A stretch of 64,000 nucleotides of DNA, from NCBI GenBank assembly GCA_964016885.1, contig OZ024754.1, positions 22,382,001 to 22,446,000 of the forward strand, read 5' to 3'. Every line of letters starts with the position of its first letter. The stretch's first letter is position 1. The notes under the pieces are model-generated. The model saw only the letters and a program-made list of their open reading frames with translations. It was not told the origin of the DNA and did no database searches. This document shows positions 35,301 to 47,226 of the stretch, one piece after another. Source of the stretch: Eledone cirrhosa. Taxonomy: Eukaryota. The position numbers were made by a program, and so were the translations under genes.

Positions 35301-35594
35301 CGGGGGGTGCGGACGATGAGGTGGAAAGCGGTGGGGGGGAGGATGGAGGAGGCGATAAGGTCTTTGATGGTGGAGGAGACTTGTTGTTGGTAGAGGGGGG
35401 TGGGATCGGAGGGTATAGGGCGGTAAAAGAGGGGGTTACAAAGCTGCCTGAGGGCTTCGGCCGTGTAGAGGTGCGCGCGCCACACCACTACGGCGCCTCC
35501 CTTGTCCGCCGGTTTGATGACGATGTCATCTTGGCTACGGAGGGAGCGGAGAGCGAGGAGTTCGCCCCGTGAGATATTGTACCGTTTGGAACGA
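32350..35594 (-). mobile_element. Penelope-like element, Neptune-type, 5'-truncated (RT plus GIY-YIG)
   Basis: ORF with [35 protein letters not shown], Cys linker CSRLRCNTC...[22 protein letters not shown]; long C-rich 3' region; both ends in (TA)n. Confidence 0.92.
32439..32472 (-). ncRNA. Minimal hammerhead ribozyme in the PLE 3' terminal region
   Basis: Reverse complement CAC-CTGAGGA-A-GGGC-TTAT-GCCC-GAAA-CGTC-GTC; stem I is weak. Confidence 0.7.
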
Positions 35595-35602
35595 TATATA
35601 TG

Positions 35603-35651
<49 letters not shown>

Positions 35652-35662
35652 GTATATATATG

Positions 35663-35706
<44 letters not shown>

Positions 35707-35747
35707 CACATATATATGTAAGTATATGTATGTATGTATATATGTAC

Positions 35748-37070
35748 AATATGGTGGTGAGAGACTCCTGCAATATCTTCACTCTTTGTTTGGCAGGATA
35801 TGGGCTAATGAATCCGTACCTGAGGACTGGAGAGATGGAGTAATGGTGCTCTTGTACAAGGGAAAGTGTAACAGGAATGATTGTGGGAACTACAGAGGTA
35901 TATCATTGCTTTCTGTCATAGGGAAAGTTTTATGTAGGGTGCTTCTGGACCGTCTGCTGACACACATTGCAGATTGTGTTCTTCCTGAAAGTCAATCTGG
36001 TTTTCGTGCACTACTGCTATGATCTCAGCTAGACAGCTCCAGGAGAAGTGCATGGAACAAGGTTTGGATCTGTATAAGGTTTTTGTCGACCTGACAAAAG
36101 CTTTCGATACTGTTAACAGAAATGCATTATGGAAGGTTCTCCAGAAACTTGGTTGCCCTGATAAGTTCCTTGCTTTAGTTAGGTCTTTCCATAACGACAT
36201 GAAGGCTTGGGTTAATGTCGGAGCCTATCAGTAAAAAATGGAGTGAAACAGGGGGGAATTGCAAGCATGGTGTTTACATCCGATATCAAACCTCAGGCAG
36301 CATATTTAACATCAGGTGCTTTGCTGCAAAAACAAAAGTATTTACATCAATTATAAGAGACCTCTTGTATGCAGATGATTGCGATCTTGTAGCGCACACA
36401 GAGAGTGATATGCAACACATTTTGAATGCATTTTCTGATGCTTGCACTGCCCTAGGATTGACTGTCAGTTTCAAGAAAACCGTCGTCATGTACCAACCTG
36501 CCCCTGGTAGGCAGTACAGTGAACCAAATATCTATGTGTATGGTAAACGACTTGGAGTGGTTGATCAGTTTGTCTACCTGGGAAGCACTGTCAATCGATA
36601 CAGCAACCTTGATAATGAAATCCTTCTCAGGATTAGGAAAGCAAGTGATGCTTTCGGAAAGCTAGAAAGGCGACTCTGGGGTCGGCGAGACATATGCAAG
36701 AAAACAAAGGTAAAGGTGTACAAGGCATGTGTGCTCTCTTCTTTATGCCTGCGAGACCTGGGTCACATATCGACACCACCTTAAGCAATTGGAGTGTTTC
36801 CATCAGATGTGTCTCAGACGGATCCATGGCGTTCACTGGAGGGACCACATCAGTGATGTCGAGATTTTGGAAAGCTCTATGTGTGACAGTATAGAAGCTC
36901 TTGTGCTTAAGCAACGATTCGGTTGGAGTGGTCACCTTGCCAGGATGAAGGATTCTAGAAGACCAAAACAACTCTTTTATGGAGAGTTAGTTAAAGGGAA
37001 ACGACCGCCACATAAACCAAAAAAGAGGTATAAGGATTCCTTGAAAGACGCTAACATCTCTGCTGATATA
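35748..37070 (+). pseudogene. RTE-BovB-like LINE RT fragment
   Basis: [52 protein letters not shown]. Confidence 0.85.
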
Positions 37071-37194
37071 TATATATATAGCCAGATCAGTTCCTGTATG
37101 AGCAAGGCATGGTCAGCCGACCAGACACTGCCCACAACAGGACAACCCGTCTAACCCATGCTAGCGTGGAAGAACGGACGTAAAACGGTGATGA

Positions 37195-37230
<36 letters not shown>

Positions 37231-37234
37231 GTGA

Positions 37235-37600
37235 TTAGAGCATTGGCCTTGCAATCAAAAGGTTGTGAGTTCAATCCTCAGACGGGGTGATGTGTTGTGT
37301 CTTTGAGCAAGAAACTTTATTTCACATTGTTCCAGTTTACTCAGCTGTAGAAATGAGATGATAGGACTGAGTTCCGTATCATTCCATTGCAAAGTGGCCA
37401 TGGAGGTGCCACGGCAGAAAAGCACTCAGCCCACACTGTAAAGTGGACGTGTTGGCGCCACGGAAAAAAAAGCACCCAGCACTCACTGTAAATGAGGATG
37501 GTGTTACGAAGGGCATCCAGCTGTAGTATTCAAGCCAGAATCAGTTCCCGTCCCACCCTTGCAAGCAGGGAAAAGCGGATGTAAAATGATGATGATGATG
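37235..37600 (+). mobile_element. SINE family B
   Basis: tRNA-like head, core, RTE-A tail and (GAT)n. Confidence 0.85.
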
Positions 37601-37694
37601 TATGTATGTAAAAGCTAAACAGAAATAGCAACACAATCGGTAGAGTATATGGAAGGGATATAATAGGTTAATGCTTGATATAGCAGGAAGAGGG

Positions 37695-37730
37695 TCTTAA
37701 TGTTTCGGACGCTAGTCCTTCATCAGAAGA
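37695..37730 (-). ncRNA. Minimal hammerhead ribozyme (orphan PLE terminal fragment)
   Basis: Reverse complement TCTT-CTGATGA-A-GGAC-TAGC-GTCC-GAAA-CATT-AAGA; stem I TCTT/AAGA. Confidence 0.7.
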
Positions 37731-37860
37731 AAGAATGAGAAATAAGATAGATTGAGGCGACGGGCGGGATGGAATTGGAAAAAATGTCTTTAGATAAAAT
37801 TAACAGGTCCATTCATATTGACATCTCTTGCAAATACATATATACATATACATATATATA

Positions 37861-38860
37861 TCATCATCATCATCGTTTAACGTCCATCTTCTACGCTAGC
37901 ATGGGTTAGACGGTTTTGTTCCATTTGATGCAGGAATGATCGGGAGATCATGTCTCGCTTGCATGGAAGCGTCGCGGGAAGGTTTTTTACAGCTGGATGC
38001 CCTTCCTAACACCAACCACATTTACAGTGTGAACTAGGAGCCTTTTCACTCTCTCCTATACAGTGTGGACTGACTGTTGTGTCATCAACACAGTGGACGA
38101 AATAGGAGAGGGAGGATTGGGTAGGGTGTGGGGGTGGGGTGTACATTGAGTTAAGATGTGCCTATAGGTTTGTATGCAATGGTAGTCGGGTCTTCTGTAC
38201 AACTGCACAGCACCAAAGGTCTTTTAGAGAGGTGTAGGTGGGCAAAGTCCATTTTTATCACCTCGTCCCAGGTTTTTCTTGGTCCACCCACTTCGCAGCT
38301 TCCATCAATTTTCATTGCCCTGCACTTTTTTATACAGCTGCCATCCTTCATACGCATCACATGTCCATACCAATGCAATCTCCTCTCTAGAACAGATTTG
38401 ATACTTTTTCCATCCCGTTCTAACTCTGGCTACTACACTTTAAGAGTACCCTCCTCCACTGCTGATTTTGTCACCCAGGTAACGGAAGGTGTCCACTATT
38501 TCTATAGAACAATCTGGGCAGTTGAAGGGGATAACATCCAGTGGGTCCTTGCTACTTACTGCACCTGAGCATCGGCCACATATAAAATCTACATTCTTAG
38601 ATAGCTTACCTCTGATCCCACTACACCCATAGTTTGCCTTTGGGACATAGAATGGAGTTTCTGCCTACTCCTTTCATACCCACTGAACATGGCCATTTCC
38701 CAGAGGGTACCTGTGCCCTATTCTACTTTCTGCATACTAGAACCTTACTCTTAGACAAGTTGACTCTAAGGCCTTTTGATTCAAGGCCATGCTTCCATGT
38801 TTGGAAATTCCTCTCTAGTTCAGCTATGAGAGTTAGATCATCTGCATATAGAAAATCCCA
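37861..38860 (-). pseudogene. RTE family B fragment with deletions
   Basis: YADD through [11 protein letters not shown], 3' UTR and (GAT)n tail. Confidence 0.8.
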
Positions 38861-38880
38861 TATATGTATGGCTGTATATG

Positions 38881-38912
<32 letters not shown>

Positions 38913-38989
38913 TGTGTGTGTGTAGATATATATGTATGTGTAGATATATATGTATGTATATATATGTATATATATATATATGTGTGTGT

Positions 38990-39650
38990 ATCATCATCAT
39001 CATCATCATCATCGTTTAACGTCCATCTTCCACGCTTGCATAGGTTTGGACGGGAATTTTCCCACTTGAGGCAAGATTGGTTGTCTTGCTCGTATAGGAC
39101 TGTCTGGCGGGTTTTCTACGGCTGGATGCCCTTCCTAACACCAACCACGTTTACAGTGTGGACTGGGAGGTTTTTACCGTGTTACCTACACGCCCACATT
39201 ACAGCGTGGACTGTGTGTTTTTTTGTCGTGACAGCTACACGACCTCATTTATTTAGGACTGGATATTGTGGTACCAACATAACTTTACATCGAAAGAGGT
39301 GGTGCGGATGGGGTAGGGGTAGTGGGACGGGGGGTGTATTTTTGTTAAGAGGTGCCTACTGTCTAGGTTTCGCTTTGTACTTAGGCAAGGTGGGTCTTCT
39401 GTATTACTGTGGAACGCAAAAGATCTCGGTCCAGTGACATTGTTTTGGAGAGGTGTAAGTGTGTGAGGTCGGAATTTATCAAGTCGTCCCAGGTTTTTCT
39501 GGGTCTGCCTACTCCGTGGCTACCGTCTATTTTTATCGCCCTGCTCTTTTTTATACAGCTGTCGTCTTTCATGCGCATCACGTGACCATACCAACGTAGT
39601 CTTCTCTCGAGTAAACAGCATCTGATCCCTCTTATTCCTAATTTCTCTTA
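38990..39650 (-). mobile_element. RTE family B 3' end
   Basis: Close reverse-complement match to 43800-44435. Confidence 0.85.
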
Positions 39651-39958
39651 TATATATATATATGTATGTGTGTATATATATGCATATATGTGTGTATATA
39701 TATGTGTGTGTATATATATATATGTGTGTGTATATATATGTATGTATATATATATGTGTGTGTATATGTATGTATATATATATATATATGTGTGTGTATA
39801 TGTATGTATATATATATATGTGTGTGTATATGTGTATATATGTATGTATATATATATATATGTATATGTGTATATATGTATATATATGTATGTATATGTA
39901 TATATATATATATGTATGTGTGTGTGTATATATATATATATATATGTATGTGTATATA

Positions 39959-39993
<35 letters not shown>

Positions 39994-39995
<2 letters not shown>

Positions 39996-40335
39996 GTGAA
40001 CGACCCAGCATAAATGTGTTGAGAGAGAAACTGTGTCTGAGAGGGATAGAATGTAGTGTACGGGAGAGGAAACTGAGGTGGTATGGACACGTGATGCGCA
40101 TGGAGGATGACCGATGGGTGAAAAAGTGCCAGGAAATGCCAGTTGAAGGAAGACATGGTAGAGGTAGACCACGAAAAATATGGGCGGAGGTGGTGAGAAC
40201 AGACCTCAGATCGCTGAAGCTCACGGTGGAGATGACGAAGGACCCGTGACAAGTGGAGAGATGCTGTGCTGAATAAGACCCGTCCCACCCTTGCAAACAG
40301 GGAAGAGCGGACGTAAAATGCTGATGATGATGATA
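39994..40335 (+). mobile_element. RTE family A 3' end
   Basis: [13 protein letters not shown]...[11 protein letters not shown] and tail. Confidence 0.85.
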
Positions 40336-40721
40336 TATATATAAAGGATAACAAAATATCGTTAGAGGTTGAGAATACTTCTTATTATGGATAGTTTTAG
40401 CGTACAGCGTTGTCTGCCTCAACAAGAGGTTTACGTAGGTGACGAGTTTATGATTTCACTTGTATTCTTGTGTAAGTTTATCTTGGAGTAATAAAATTGA
40501 AAAAGTGGAAAATAACATGGTCAACAGTACCAAAAAGGGGGTTTATTTGCAGTCTAACAATTGTTTCACTGATAGAGTTGTCTACAAATTGCTGAACACT
40601 AAAAGCAGTGCCACTCAATTTTAAATACGATGTTAGCTCTATCAGATCTTCGGAAAATGTTAAAAATGTATATGTAACCGGCAAATTTACAAATTGAAAT
40701 TACATCATCATTAATAATATT

Positions 40722-40910
40722 AATTGTTTCTACTTTTGGCACAAGGCCATCAATTACCCAGTGTATTACTGGTACTTTATTTTATCGACCCCATAAGGAT
40801 GAAAGGCAAAGTTAACCTCGGCGGGATTTGAACTCAGAATGGCAAGGGCCGTAACTCTGTGCGTCAAAGCATGGCGTCCGACCCTCTACCGATATGCCAA
40901 TCCACCGCCC
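40722..40910 (-). mobile_element. SINE family A
   Basis: Reverse-complement full copy. Confidence 0.85.
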
Positions 40911-41075
40911 TAGAATAATATTAATAATAGAGATATCGAGAGAAAAGGAGGAAGAAAGGGAGATAGATACAGTAAAGAAAGAAAGGAAAGGGAGGAAAAA
41001 GAAGAATAAAGAAAAAGAAAAAGAGAAAGAAGAAAAGGAGAAATTATTATAGATAGAAATATAAAGAGAGCAAGA

Positions 41076-44000
41076 AATATAGAAGATATGCTTGAACTTA
41101 AGGAGGTCGATGTTTGTTGTATTCAAGAGACCAGGTGGAGGGGTGGGTCTGCTAGATTCATCGTGGGTAAAGAACGATGCTATAAGCTTTTCTGGGTGGG
41201 AAATGACAATGGGCTGGGTGGAGTAGGAATCATGGTAGCAGAAAAGTGGGCAGATAAGATAATAGATGTAAATAGAGTGAACGACAGAATACTTAAAATA
41301 AGACTTGTCCTCAATAGAACTACTGTGACAGTAATATCTGCGTACGCACCCCAATCCAGACTGCCCGGCACTATAAAAGACAGATTCTATGAGACACTGA
41401 TGCTCACTACCTCCCAAATAACCGACAGTGACTATATAATTATTGCTGGCGACCTAAATGGTCACGTTGGACAACATTGTGACGGCTATGACGGAATCCA
41501 TGGAGGCTATGGGTTTGGTACTAGAAATGAGGAAGGCTCCAGAATCCTGGAATTCTGTGACGCAAATAACCTAACTATCTGTAATACTAACTTCAAAAAA
41601 CGAGACAATCACTTGACCACCTATAAATCGGGGGAACACACAAGCCAGGTAGATTATATCCTTACCAGGAGACGTGACAGAGTGTCTGTTGTAAACACTA
41701 AATCCCTCCCCCATGAAGAATGCATCTCTCAACAGAGACTCATAATTAGCGACCTCATAGTCAGGACGAGACGTACTCGACAACAGAAGAGGACTATACT
41801 CAGGAGAAAAATATGGAAGTTAAAGGACCCCACAGCCAGTAATAAATTTAAAAGCATATTACTTGATGCTTTTGATAGTAAGGAAGAGCAATTAGAGTCG
41901 TACAATATAGAGGAACAGTGGGAATTCCTGAAAGCTAACCTGCTGAAGGCGACAGATGAAACCTGTGGCTGGAGCAGACCTATAGGCAAGAGGAGAGTAA
42001 CTTGGTGGTGGAACAGTAAGGTGGAGAGGTCAATCAAGGCCAAAAAGCAGGCTTGGAAAGCATGGCGGGATGGGGGAAGTAGAGAAGACTATCAAGTGGC
42101 CAGGAGGGAAGCGAGGAGACAAGTGTACTTCGCATGAAGGGAAGCAGAGGAAAGAAAGTTCAAGCATGTTCTACAACACGAGGACCAAAAATGTGAGGTG
42201 TTCAGGATTGCTAGGCAATGTGTCAAGGAAAACAGTGATATTGTCAGGGAGAAGTGTGTCCTTAATGATGATGGTGTACTTGCCATCACTGACGCTGATA
42301 AGAAGGTAGCTTGGAAGTGTCACTATGAAAGGCTACTAAATGAGGAGAATAATTGGGAGAAAGACAGTCTCCCCCACATCGACCCAATAGAGGGACCAGC
42401 AGTGCAAGTTGAAGGTAGTATAATAAGTAAGGCGATCAAAGACATGAAGACAGGCAAGGCGGCTGAGCCTTCGGAAATAGTTGCCGAAATGCTGAAAGCA
42501 TCTGGAACGGTGGGACACACTATGGTCACCCGGATAGTAAACCAAGTCATACAGAATGGGGTCATTCCGAAGGACTGGCGCAGCAGCATCATCATTAACT
42601 GTTACAAGTGTAAAGGTGATGCCCTAGATAGGGGAAACTATAGAGGCATTAAATTAATTGACCAGGTCATGAAGGTCACGGAAAAAGTAATAGCGCAACT
42701 AATCAGAGAGCGAATTGATGTAGACGAAATGTAGTTCGGGTTTGTGTCAGGTAAAAGTACAACGGACGCTTTTTCATTGTACGACAACTACAGAAGTACC
42801 TAGCTAAAGGTAAACCCCTATACTTAGCTTATGTTGACTTGGAGAAAGCCTTTGACAGAGTACCCCGCTCGATTATCTGGTGGGCCCTTAGAAAACTAGG
42901 TGTTGATGAATGGCTTGTGAGAGCTATACAAGCCATGTATAAAGAAACAGTCAGCAAGATTAGAATTAACAACGAATATAGTGAAGAGTTTAGCGTAAAA
43001 GTTGGTGTTCATCAGGGCTCCGTCCTTAGCCCCCTACTATTTATTATTGCCCTTCAGGCTATAACAGAGGAGTTCAAGACCGGCTGCCCATGGGAACTCC
43101 TATATGCAGATGATCTAACGCTCATAGCTGAATCAATGGCTGAACTAGAGAAGATATTCCAAACATGGAAGCATGGCTTAGAATCAAAAGGCCTTAAAGT
43201 TAACTTGTCTAAGACTAAAGTTCTAGTTTGTAGGAAGGAAAATAGGGCACCGGTCCCATCTGGGAAATGGCCATGCTCAGTGTGTAGGAAAGGAGTAGGT
43301 AGAAACTCCATTTTATGTCCCAAATGCAAAGTATGGGTACATAAAAGATGTAGTGGGATCACAGGTAAGCTAACTAAGAATATAGATTTTATATGTGGCA
43401 GGTGCTCTGGTGCAATAAGTAGCAGCAAGTGCCCACAGAATACTAACTCATTCCATTGCACAGATGGTTCTATAGAAATAGTGGACAGCTTCCGTTACCT
43501 GGGTGATAAAATCAGCAGTGGGGGAGGGTGCTCTGAAAGTACAGTAGCTAGAGTCAGAACGGGATGGAAAAAGTTCAGAGAGCTTATACCACTATTGGCC
43601 GCTAAAGGGTTCTCTCTAAAAATGAAAGGCAGGCTGTATGATGCCTGCATACGAACAGCAATGTTACATGGCAGTGAGACCTGGGCATTGTGTGCAGAGG
43701 ATATACGCAGACTGGAGAGAAACGAATTTTGCATGCTCCGCTGGATGTGTAATAGTAATATACGTGTACGGCAAAGCATAAACGAACTAAGGGAGAAATT
43801 AGAAATAAGAGGGATCAGATGTTGTTTACTCGAGAGAACACTACGTTGGTATGGTCACGTGATGCGCATGAAAGACGACAGCTGTATAAAAAAAGTGCAG
43901 GGCAATAAAAATAGACGGTAGCCACGGAGTAGGCAGACCCAGAAAAACCTGGGACGACTTGATAAATTCCGACCTCACACACACCTCTCCAAGACAATGT

Positions 44001-44435
44001 CACTGGACTGAGATGTCTGGCGCTACACAGTAATAGAGAAGACCCGCCTTACCTAAGTGCAAAGTGAAACTTACTACAGTCAGCAGGCACCTCTAACAAA
44101 ATACACCCCCCGTCCCACTACCCCCACCCCTTTCAATGTAAAGTTATGTTGGTACCACAACATCCAGCCCGAAACTAATGAGGTCGTGTAGGTGTCACGA
44201 CAAAAAAAACACACAGTCCACGCTGTAATGTGGCCGTGTAGGTAACACGGTAAAAACCTCCCAGTTCCATACTGTAAATGTGGTTGGTGTTAGGAAGGGC
44301 ATCCAGCTGTAGAAAACCCGCCAGACAGTCCTATGCGAGCAAGACAACCACTCTTGCCTCAAGTGGGAAAACTCCCGTCCAAACCCATGCGAGCGTGGAA
44401 TATGGACGTTAAACGAAGATGATGATGATGATGAT
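41076..44435 (+). mobile_element. Near-full-length RTE LINE family B (APE endonuclease, RT, PHD-like finger), with stops and frameshifts
   Basis: IQETRW, SAYAPQ, GDLNGHVG, VDYIL (APE); RT motifs in 42198-43921; 3' UTR and (GAT)n tail. Confidence 0.93.
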
Positions 44436-45200
44436 TCCTTTCTTTAGATTCTCTATTTAGGAATATTTCAGGCTCCTTTTTGTGCGAGTTCTATTTTTTG
44501 CATTATATACCCTTAATGATTTTTCCATTTTTCAATGCTATGATATCTTTTATCTATCTACTGTAACATCTTTTTGCTTGGTATCTTTTGCACCTGTATC
44601 TAAACTATAATAAAGTAGGGACTGCGTACAGTTTATTTCTTTTAATCCAGTTAGTAAAATAAGTTGGATTACTTTGAATAAATAATGAATGAATATTACA
44701 TAATTTATGTACTAAATTTCGTAAACAAATAATTTAAAACTGACTTCTTTTCAAAGTTTCATTCACATTTCTACACTTCTGGTATATTGTTGCCATCACC
44801 ACCACTTAAACTAGCATATAAATAGAAAGAGAGAGTGTGTGATGAGAGAGATAGAGAGATTATGATTTTCTACATGCTGACGTGTATGAGTGTGCACATA
44901 CATACATCTATATGTATGAGTATATAACTATAATCGCGCAAACACAAACATATAAAAATACACCCTCACAGACATACATTCACATAAATACACATACATT
45001 CACACAAACATACATATATTCACACATGCATTTACATACACACAGTCATGATAGCAGCGTTCGGTGAATTGGAAATGGGAGGGTAAAACAACTATAACGT
45101 TTTATTTATTCATTAACTCTTTATTTATTTATTTATTAACTCCTTTTTTTTAAAAAACTCATTTAATATAATGGTTTCAGAAGGAAAACACTAACAAATA

Positions 45201-45405
45201 TAATTGTTTCTACTTTTGGCACAAGGCCAGCAATTATCCCAGTGTATTACTGGTACTTTATTTTATCGACCCCGTAAGGATGAAAGGCAAAGTTAACCTC
45301 GACGGAATTTGAACTCAGACTGACGGAATTTGAACTCAGACTGTAAAGGGACGTAATTTTGCTGGAAAGCATGGCGTCCAACCCTCTACTGATACTGCCA
45401 ATTCA
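45201..45405 (-). mobile_element. SINE family A with an internal 21-bp duplication
   Basis: GACGGAATTTGAACTCAGACT repeated twice. Confidence 0.85.
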
Positions 45406-45579
45406 ATATAATATATACAAAGGAAAGGGAAAGGAAAAAAAGAAAGAAAAAATACACAAGCAGGTAATACACAGATCTTAGACCACATAGAACAAAATGC
45501 AGGCGAAAGAGTGGAAAAACGAGCTGCTACCAGAGCAAAAGATAGCAATATAGCGAGGAGCACTGGGAAACCTCTCTAA

Positions 45580-46030
45580 TAATTCTTTAGGCAGGCCAGT
45601 ATGCTCGCAGCGTTACCTGAGGTGATGGCGACGCTGAGGTGCTGGAACAATCAAGTGCCCTCATGAGCATCACCAGTTGCCTCTGTTTGGCAAGCCGCCA
45701 GTGAAGATAAGAACCTCGCTGTCAGTCGCCCGACTCTCCCAAACGTTCAAACGTCATAGGCTGGATAATATAGTTAGCTGACAGAACACGGTATTTTAGG
45801 ATTTTGTTCCTTTCAGCTGCAGATGCTGTAGCTCTCGCCGTTACCGCTGCATCCAGAATGTGGGAAGAAGCAAAAGAGTCACTAACTGTGACGCTCCAGG
45901 TAACACACCTGCCTCTTGACCAGGAGCACAGAGTAAGACCGTCAAGTCTTTTCCCATCAATGGTTCCAAAATTGAGGGGATGTTTGCCCGGGCCAAAGCT
46001 CTTAAGTGGTAATAGGACAGACGCGTGAGT
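45580..46030 (-). pseudogene. CRE-like non-LTR retrotransposon, restriction-like endonuclease fragment
   Basis: Minus-strand translation DGKRLDGLTLCSWSRGRCVTW.VTVSDSFASSH...AAERNKILKY...LFQHLSVAITSGNAASIL. Confidence 0.7.
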
Positions 46031-46164
46031 TTGTTGGCGTTCTTAAATTAGAGACACATGTGTCACTGTTTTTAAGTTAGACATATATATGTGTGTATCC
46101 CTTTCCTTCCTTTTACACACACATACACATTGCGTGATGGACGGATGGGCAGAAGTCCCTCAAA

Positions 46165-46782
46165 TTTATATACATGTAAATGGAGTTCTACCGAAGCAGT
46201 TAGAGAAGTTCAAGTATCTCGGGGCTGTGTTCATGAGTGATGGAATACAGGAGGCTGAATTAAGTGCAAGAATTGCAAAATCTGATGCAGTAATGCACCA
46301 GCCTCAGCAATCAGATGAAGGGGGGTAGGTGTAAAAGACAAACTCGCTGTCTTCCTGGTATTCCTGCCAACTCTTACCGAGGATCATGAATCTTGAGTAA
46401 TGACCAAAAGAATATAATTGCAAATAAAAGTTCGAGAAATAGGATTCCTCCGAAGGGTCTTTGGAGTAACGTTACTCGATAAAGTGTATAACTCAGAGAC
46501 TAGAGAGTCACTCCTGGTAGAGCTGCTACTTCTCCAAATTGAGAGATCACAATTCCGATGAGCATGTGGTTAGAATGTCTCAGTAAAGAATTGCTGGACA
46601 CATTTTACAGGCAAAACCAACCGGCAAGAGACCCAGAGGTAGACCATGAGCTTGGCTGGTTACGCTTTGGGATCCAGCTGGATCAGTTAGAGATATTTGC
46701 TACTGACAGACTCGCTGGAAGGAGTGTTTGAGAAGAACTCTGCCGCCCACGATCCTCTCAGAAATAAGTGGTGAAGAAGATA
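46165..46782 (+). pseudogene. Degraded RTE-type LINE 3' fragment (third family)
   Basis: QLEKFKYLGAVF...ELSARIAK...GKRPRGRP. Confidence 0.7.
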
Positions 46783-47008
46783 TTGTCAATTTACTTTTCA
46801 ATTTACATACATCTATATGCATATATATTTGCGTATAATACCAATATGCACACTACATGTGCTAGCAGGAAACTGCCCAAACGGCGGTTTTTCTGCTAGT
46901 TGCCTTGAATATGGTATATGCACCGATGATTCCAGACAGTTGTCCAGAAGAAACAATTGTCAGCAATTAAATGTATTAAACTAAAATTTGATTGTTTTAT
47001 ATTTTGTG

Positions 47009-47048
<40 letters not shown>

Positions 47049-47050
<2 letters not shown>

Positions 47051-47226
47051 CATCATCATTTTATGTCCGCTTTTCACTGCTTGCAAGGGTGGGACAGGAA
47101 CTGATTCTAGCTTGATTTCTACAGCTGGATGCCCTTCCTAGCACCAACCTCATTTACAGTGAGTGGTGGGTGCTTTTTTTCCGTGGCGCCTGCATGACCA
47201 CTTTGCAGTGGAATGATATGGACCCC
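47049..47226 (-). mobile_element. SINE family B, 3' half
   Basis: RTE-A tail and GGAAGGGCATCCAGCTGTAG block. Confidence 0.8.

Noticed and set aside
35595-35782. N-terminal ~64 aa of the 706-aa ORF
   Set aside because: Read-through of microsatellite and the adjacent LINE; the PLE is 5'-truncated at ~35594
40345-40700. 68-aa minus-strand ORF, possibly an RT remnant or host exon
   Set aside because: No recognisable motif or splice context
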